From contig JAXGYC010000009.1 of the NCBI GenBank assembly GCA_040772485.1, positions 320,001 through 384,000 on the forward strand: a stretch of 64,000 nucleotides of DNA, given 5' to 3'. This DNA comes from Sedimentisphaerales bacterium (lineage in GTDB: Bacteria; Planctomycetota; Phycisphaerae; Sedimentisphaerales; Anaerobacaceae). The position numbers and the translations under genes are program-made. The notes beneath the pieces are model-generated. The model searched no databases, was not told where the DNA came from, and saw only the letters and a program-made list of their open reading frames with translations. This document shows, piece after piece, positions 59,613 through 64,000 of this stretch; positions within the stretch are counted from its first letter, which is position 1, and every line of letters starts with the position of its first letter.

Positions 59613-60479
59613 ATGAAAACTGCGACAGAGCGAATCCTGCTGGTGAGCCTGATCGCTCAGACGCTTGCGGCCAGCGGGTGCTACAACTGTGCCAGGTGTC
59701 TTCGAAAGACCATGGCGGAATGCAGGATGGAGAAATCGGTTTGCGCCAGTTTTGCGCCTGGCTCGAAGCTGGTGGTGCGCGACAACGACGGCGCCATCAA
59801 TGTTCGCGCGGGCGGTGGGACCGACTGTCTTGCAACCGCCACCGTTTTCGTCCACGCACCGACAAAACGTGAGGCGGCAGAGATCGGCGAGCAGTTGGAG
59901 ATCGTCGCTCAACGGGACGCTGGGGGACTCCTCATTGCCGTTCGAAAGCCGCCGATGCCGCAGGAGCATCGCTTTGTGTCGGTGGACCTCGACATTGTCG
60001 TCCCACGATCGGCCCACGTTGATTGCGAGACCACCTTCGGTCGTGTGAGGCTCGCGGGAATCGCTGGGGATGTCAAGGTGTCAACCCAGTTGGGCAGTAT
60101 CACGTGCGAGGACATCCGTGGGTCATTGGATCTGGAGACGCAACTGGGCCGCATCACCTGCCGGGAGATCGTGGCCGAACACATTATCGCCAGCTCGCAG
60201 AAGGGGTCCATCGACATCTCGTGCGCCGATGCATGCCCGGCCGAGCTCGTCGCGGACGTGAGCACGGAGTGGGGAAAGATTCGCTTCCAGGCGCCTCCGC
60301 AATACCAGGGCGCCCTCGACCTGGAGAGTGAGATGGGCTCCGTCAAGTTGGGCAAAGACGCCGATGTGCGGGGTACCATCGAGAACTCGTTCCTGCATGA
60401 CAGGGTTTCAGGCCGGATCGGCACGGGCGCGGGCAACCTGCGTCTCTTCAGCAATCTTGGCTCTGTGGCATTGAGATAA
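59613..60479 (+). CDS. DUF4097-like beta-strand repeat protein, probable lipoprotein
   Basis: Repeated T-x-x-G-x-I units (TTFGRV, TQLGSI, TQLGRI, SQKGSI, TEWGKI, SEMGSV); ASGC lipobox. Confidence 0.75.
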   Translation: MKTATERILLVSLIAQTLAASGCYNCARCLRKTMAECRMEKSVCASFAPGSKLVVRDNDGAINVRAGGGTDCLATATVFVHAPTKREAAEIGEQLEIVAQRDAGGLLIAVRKPPMPQEHRFVSVDLDIVVPRSAHVDCETTFGRVRLAGIAGDVKVSTQLGSITCEDIRGSLDLETQLGRITCREIVAEHIIASSQKGSIDISCADACPAELVADVSTEWGKIRFQAPPQYQGALDLESEMGSVKLGKDADVRGTIENSFLHDRVSGRIGTGAGNLRLFSNLGSVALR

Positions 60480-60518
60480 CGTTGCGAAAGAAGAACTGAC
60501 AAGGCTAAAGGTGCTTCC

Positions 60519-62924
60519 ATGGAAACGCTGTGGCGAGACATTCGACACGGATTTCGACTCCTCTTCAGGAGTCCGGGGTACAGCCTCCTCATTGTGTTGC
60601 TTGTGGCAGTCGGCGTGGGAGGCGGCACTACCGTCTTCAGTATCGTCAATGCGTTTCTCATCCGTCCCCTTCCGTACCAGGAGCCCGACCGGATTGTCTT
60701 CCTTCATCAGCGCACCACACAGGGGGAAGCGACAGGCGTTTCCTACCTCAACTATCTCGATTGGCGCAGAGAAGCCAGGAGCTTCCAGGAGCTGGGCTGC
60801 TATGCCTTCAATTCTGTGCCTGCCGATGTTCCCGGCGGGGACCTGCCTGAGATGTGCCCTGCCGGTTTTGTCTCTGCCGGGTTCTTCCGCGTGCTCGCTG
60901 TGACGCCGTGCCTTGGGCGACTCTTCAGCGAGAATGACGACGGCTCCTCTCCCAACCCGGTCACCATGGTCAGCCATGGCTTCTGGCAACGGCATTTCGG
61001 CGCCGATCCGAACGTCATCGGAAAGTCCGTCCTGATGGCGGGCCATGCCGTCACTGTGGTCGGTGTGACGCCTCCTGGCTTTAGGTACCCTGCCTACGGA
61101 CATGAAGCGATCGACCTCTGGCTGCCTGTCGGCATCATTGCAGACCAGCTCCAGGATCGGGCGAGCAGTCCGAACATGTTCGTGCTGGGCAGACTGAAGC
61201 AGGGCACAAGCCTCTCCCAGGCGCGGGCGGAGATGGATACCATCTCCGCGCATCTCGCAACTCAGTACCCCTCCGCGAACGAAAACATGCGAGCCGAGGT
61301 GGAGTCGCTTTCCACTCAAACGGTGCAGGGGAGACAACGGGCCTTTGCTTTCATGCTCGCGGCGGTCGTCTTCGTCTTCCTGGTGACGTGCGTCAACGTG
61401 GCAGGGCTTCTGTTCGCCCGCGGCGTCACTCGCGAACGCGAGATGGCCGTTCGTTCCGCCCTCGGCGGAGCGCGTCTGGCGCTGGTGCGGCAGATGATCG
61501 TGGAAAACACTCTTCCTGCCGCCATAGGCGGCCTGATCGGTGTCCTGGCCGCAACGGGAGCGATCCGGTCGCTGGCACAGACGGATATGATCGCTTCGAT
61601 GCGGTTGCCCGAGGGTTTCTTCCGTCTGGATGAGCACGTTGTCGGGTTCGCTCTGGCGATCACTGTGCTTTCCGTACCGCTGTTCAGCCTGCTTCCTTCC
61701 CTCCTGAGTTCCAGAATTGCCGCCGCACGCGTACTGGGCTCGGAAGGGCGGAGCGTGTTTGGATCCAGGGGCCGACACGTCGTCCATGCGAGCCTGATCG
61801 GGACCGAGGTGGCATTGACGGTGGTCCTTCTCGTGGCGGCGGGTCTGATGGTTCGCAGCTTTGTCAATGTGGTGAAGGCTGATCCGGGATTCGATTCGCG
61901 AAATGCCCTGACGGCCCGTGTGGCCCTGGGGGGCAATGGGGAGAAATGCCGCGAACTGCTCGACCGTGCTCGGGCGATCCCCGGGGTGGAAAAGGTCGCT
62001 TTGTCTTTCCCGTTGTTCACCGGCTGGAAGTGGTATGCCTGTGCCGAAGGGGCGCCGGTGGCTCCGGCTGACCAACTGTCCGTTCTCTATAAGGTCGTCA
62101 GTCCCGGCTACTTCGAGACGATGGGCATTCGCCTGCTCCAGGGCCGCACGTTCAATGAAGAGGATCGCGCCGGTTCGAAACTGGTGGTTGTCGTCGATGA
62201 AACGCTGGCGAGACATTACTGGCCGCAGGGAGACGCGATCGGTAAACGCATCCAATACGGCAAGAGCCCGGATCCCAATGAGGCCTGGTTCGAGATCGTC
62301 GGTGTGGTTGCTCAGGTCAAGAACGATGGCATTGAGGGCGGCTCGGCCATGCAAGTCTATCGGCCGCTGTTTCAGCGGCCGTCTTCGACACCTACCCTGA
62401 TCCTGCGGACCGAAGGTGATCCGGGGCGAGTCGCTGCGGCCGTCAAGGATATCGTGCGCCAGATCGAACCACGCTACCCTCTCATGGACGTACAGACGCT
62501 GGAGCAGATTCAGGGCCGGTACACGGTTACGCGGCGCATGATCACATCCTTCCTGGCCGTCTTTGCGGCCGCGGCGCTGTTCCTGTCGACGGTCGGCATC
62601 TATGCGGTCACGCGGTACGTTGTCTCCCGCAGGACACAGGAGTTCGGCATACGCGTCGCGCTCGGTGCTGATGCGAAGGACATCCTCAGACTTGTGCTGG
62701 GCAGCGGTCTGTTGCCGGTGCTGATCGGTGCGGCAGCCGGTCTGGCCGGCACCGTCGTCGTGGCGCGCGTGCTGTCGAGCCTCCTGTTTCGCCTCAGTCC
62801 CTGGGACCCGCTCACGTACGGCGTCGCTTCGCTGCTGTTGGTTGCCGTGGCGCTGCTGGCGAGTTATCTCCCTGCCCGACGGGCGGCGAAGGTCGATCCG
62901 ATGGTGGCGCTGCGATACGAATGA
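60519..62924 (+). CDS. ABC transporter permease, duplicated MacB/FtsX type
   Basis: METLWRDIRHG ... RTQEFGIRVALGA ... DPMVALRYE. Confidence 0.93.
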   Translation: METLWRDIRHGFRLLFRSPGYSLLIVLLVAVGVGGGTTVFSIVNAFLIRPLPYQEPDRIVFLHQRTTQGEATGVSYLNYLDWRREARSFQELGCYAFNSVPADVPGGDLPEMCPAGFVSAGFFRVLAVTPCLGRLFSENDDGSSPNPVTMVSHGFWQRHFGADPNVIGKSVLMAGHAVTVVGVTPPGFRYPAYGHEAIDLWLPVGIIADQLQDRASSPNMFVLGRLKQGTSLSQARAEMDTISAHLATQYPSANENMRAEVESLSTQTVQGRQRAFAFMLAAVVFVFLVTCVNVAGLLFARGVTREREMAVRSALGGARLALVRQMIVENTLPAAIGGLIGVLAATGAIRSLAQTDMIASMRLPEGFFRLDEHVVGFALAITVLSVPLFSLLPSLLSSRIAAARVLGSEGRSVFGSRGRHVVHASLIGTEVALTVVLLVAAGLMVRSFVNVVKADPGFDSRNALTARVALGGNGEKCRELLDRARAIPGVEKVALSFPLFTGWKWYACAEGAPVAPADQLSVLYKVVSPGYFETMGIRLLQGRTFNEEDRAGSKLVVVVDETLARHYWPQGDAIGKRIQYGKSPDPNEAWFEIVGVVAQVKNDGIEGGSAMQVYRPLFQRPSSTPTLILRTEGDPGRVAAAVKDIVRQIEPRYPLMDVQTLEQIQGRYTVTRRMITSFLAVFAAAALFLSTVGIYAVTRYVVSRRTQEFGIRVALGADAKDILRLVLGSGLLPVLIGAAAGLAGTVVVARVLSSLLFRLSPWDPLTYGVASLLLVAVALLASYLPARRAAKVDPMVALRYE

Positions 62925-62980
62925 GAGTCGTGGCGATTGGCGGTTCGCTATGGATGATTCACGGTGTGAAGAGGACTAGA

Positions 62981-64000
62981 ATGAGTACCTTTTACAGCGA
63001 CATCAGATGTGGGGTTCGGCAGTTGATCAAGTCCCCCGGCCTGAGCGTGCTGGCCGTTTTGATCCTGGCCTTGGGCATAGGGACATGTGCCACTATGTTC
63101 GGGTTCGTCAACACCTTCCTGTTGAGCCGCCTGCCCTTTGACGACGCGGAGCGACTGGTCGCCTTGCAGGCATCGAATACGCGATCGGGAAATCCCTGCT
63201 GTGTATCGTTCCCCGACTTCCTGGACTGGCAGGAACAGAACCGGAGCCTGGAGGCCATGGCCTTCTACCAGATGGACAACGCCACGTTGAGCGTTTCCGG
63301 CACACCGGAGAAGATCAAGGTGACGCACGTTACGGCGGATCTCTTGCCCATACTCGGCGTCCGACCGGCGGCAGGGCGACTGTTCACGCCTCAAGACGAT
63401 CAGCCCCAGGCGCCCATGACGGCATTACTCAGCCACGGCCTTTGGCAGCGTCGCTTCGGATCGCAGCCTGATGTGGTGGGCCAAGCCATTGAATTGGATG
63501 GCCAGAGCGCCACGGTGATCGGGGTCTTGCCGGCCGGTTTTGTTTTTCCGACATGGTCCAGGGATCAGGGGGAGCTCTGGCAGCCGTTGCGGCCTTGGAT
63601 GGAGAGGCCCGATCACCGCTGGCTTCTGGTTCGGGGAGCCTCCGGCAACAGTGGCAGCATCGGCAAGCTGAAGCCCGGCGTCACCATAGCCCAGGCTCGT
63701 GCCGACATGGATGTCATTGCCCGGCAATTGGAACAGAAGTACCCCGAGAGCAATCGGGACTCAGGCGTATACCTTACAGGACTTCGGGATCACATGGTGC
63801 GTACGCTCAAGCCCGTGATTCTCTTGCTGACCGGGGCTGTGGCTCTGGTCCTCTTGATCGTCTGTGCCAACACGGCCAATTTCCTGCTCCTGCGATCGGC
63901 GGAGCGGATACAGGAATTCTCCGTGCGGTCGGCCCTGGGGGCCGGGCAGTGGCACATCGTTCGCCAAATCGTGTGCCAAAGCCTGGTTCTGGTGACAGTG
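62981..64000 (+). CDS. ABC transporter permease, duplicated MacB/FtsX type (truncated by window end)
   Basis: Read by hand: MSTFYSDIRCGVRQLIKSPGLSVLAVLILALGIG...VLLIVCANTANFLL. Confidence 0.88.
   Translation, partial: MSTFYSDIRCGVRQLIKSPGLSVLAVLILALGIGTCATMFGFVNTFLLSRLPFDDAERLVALQASNTRSGNPCCVSFPDFLDWQEQNRSLEAMAFYQMDNATLSVSGTPEKIKVTHVTADLLPILGVRPAAGRLFTPQDDQPQAPMTALLSHGLWQRRFGSQPDVVGQAIELDGQSATVIGVLPAGFVFPTWSRDQGELWQPLRPWMERPDHRWLLVRGASGNSGSIGKLKPGVTIAQARADMDVIARQLEQKYPESNRDSGVYLTGLRDHMVRTLKPVILLLTGAVALVLLIVCANTANFLLLRSAERIQEFSVRSALGAGQWHIVRQIVCQSLVLVTV

Noticed and set aside
62925..62975. Possible degenerate fifth heptamer arm (GATTGGC GGTTCGC ... GATTCAC)
   Set aside because: Too degenerate and has no complementary right arm; the lone AACTGAC near 60494 is equally uninformative.

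Overview
GC-rich bacterial chromosomal segment. The gene content (Tat sulfatases, DUF1080, DUF1844, Zn-ribbon membrane proteins, an HzsA-related protein) suggests a planctomycete, possibly Phycisphaerae; this is inference only. 1-28.6 kb is mostly housekeeping (aconitase, LOG, hisD, alaS, recA, thpR, PfkB kinase, gltX, glnS, trpC, smpB), with HicAB and MNT-HEPN toxin-antitoxin pairs either side of glnS. 28.8-38.4 kb is a glycan block (2 sulfatases, beta-helix/PDZ protein, DUF1080, AGE epimerase, GH5). 38.4-43.9 kb is a WXG100/FtsK type VII-like module. 44-64 kb holds a sigma54 two-component system, a 1512-aa four-heme protein and an array of MacB/FtsX-type ABC permeases. Most notable: (i) inverted heptamer-repeat hairpins at four gene boundaries of the ABC operon, one enclosing a four-helix-bundle gene and three empty; (ii) a single polypeptide with hydrazine-synthase alpha+beta+gamma-like domain order; (iii) a T7SS-like module with an immunity-like fusion; (iv) a 28-bp REP palindrome sitting in frame inside several proteins; (v) a 238-bp MITE with a 9-bp target duplication; (vi) an HTH-like insert in GluRS. 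All family calls come from motif recognition by eye, not database searches.
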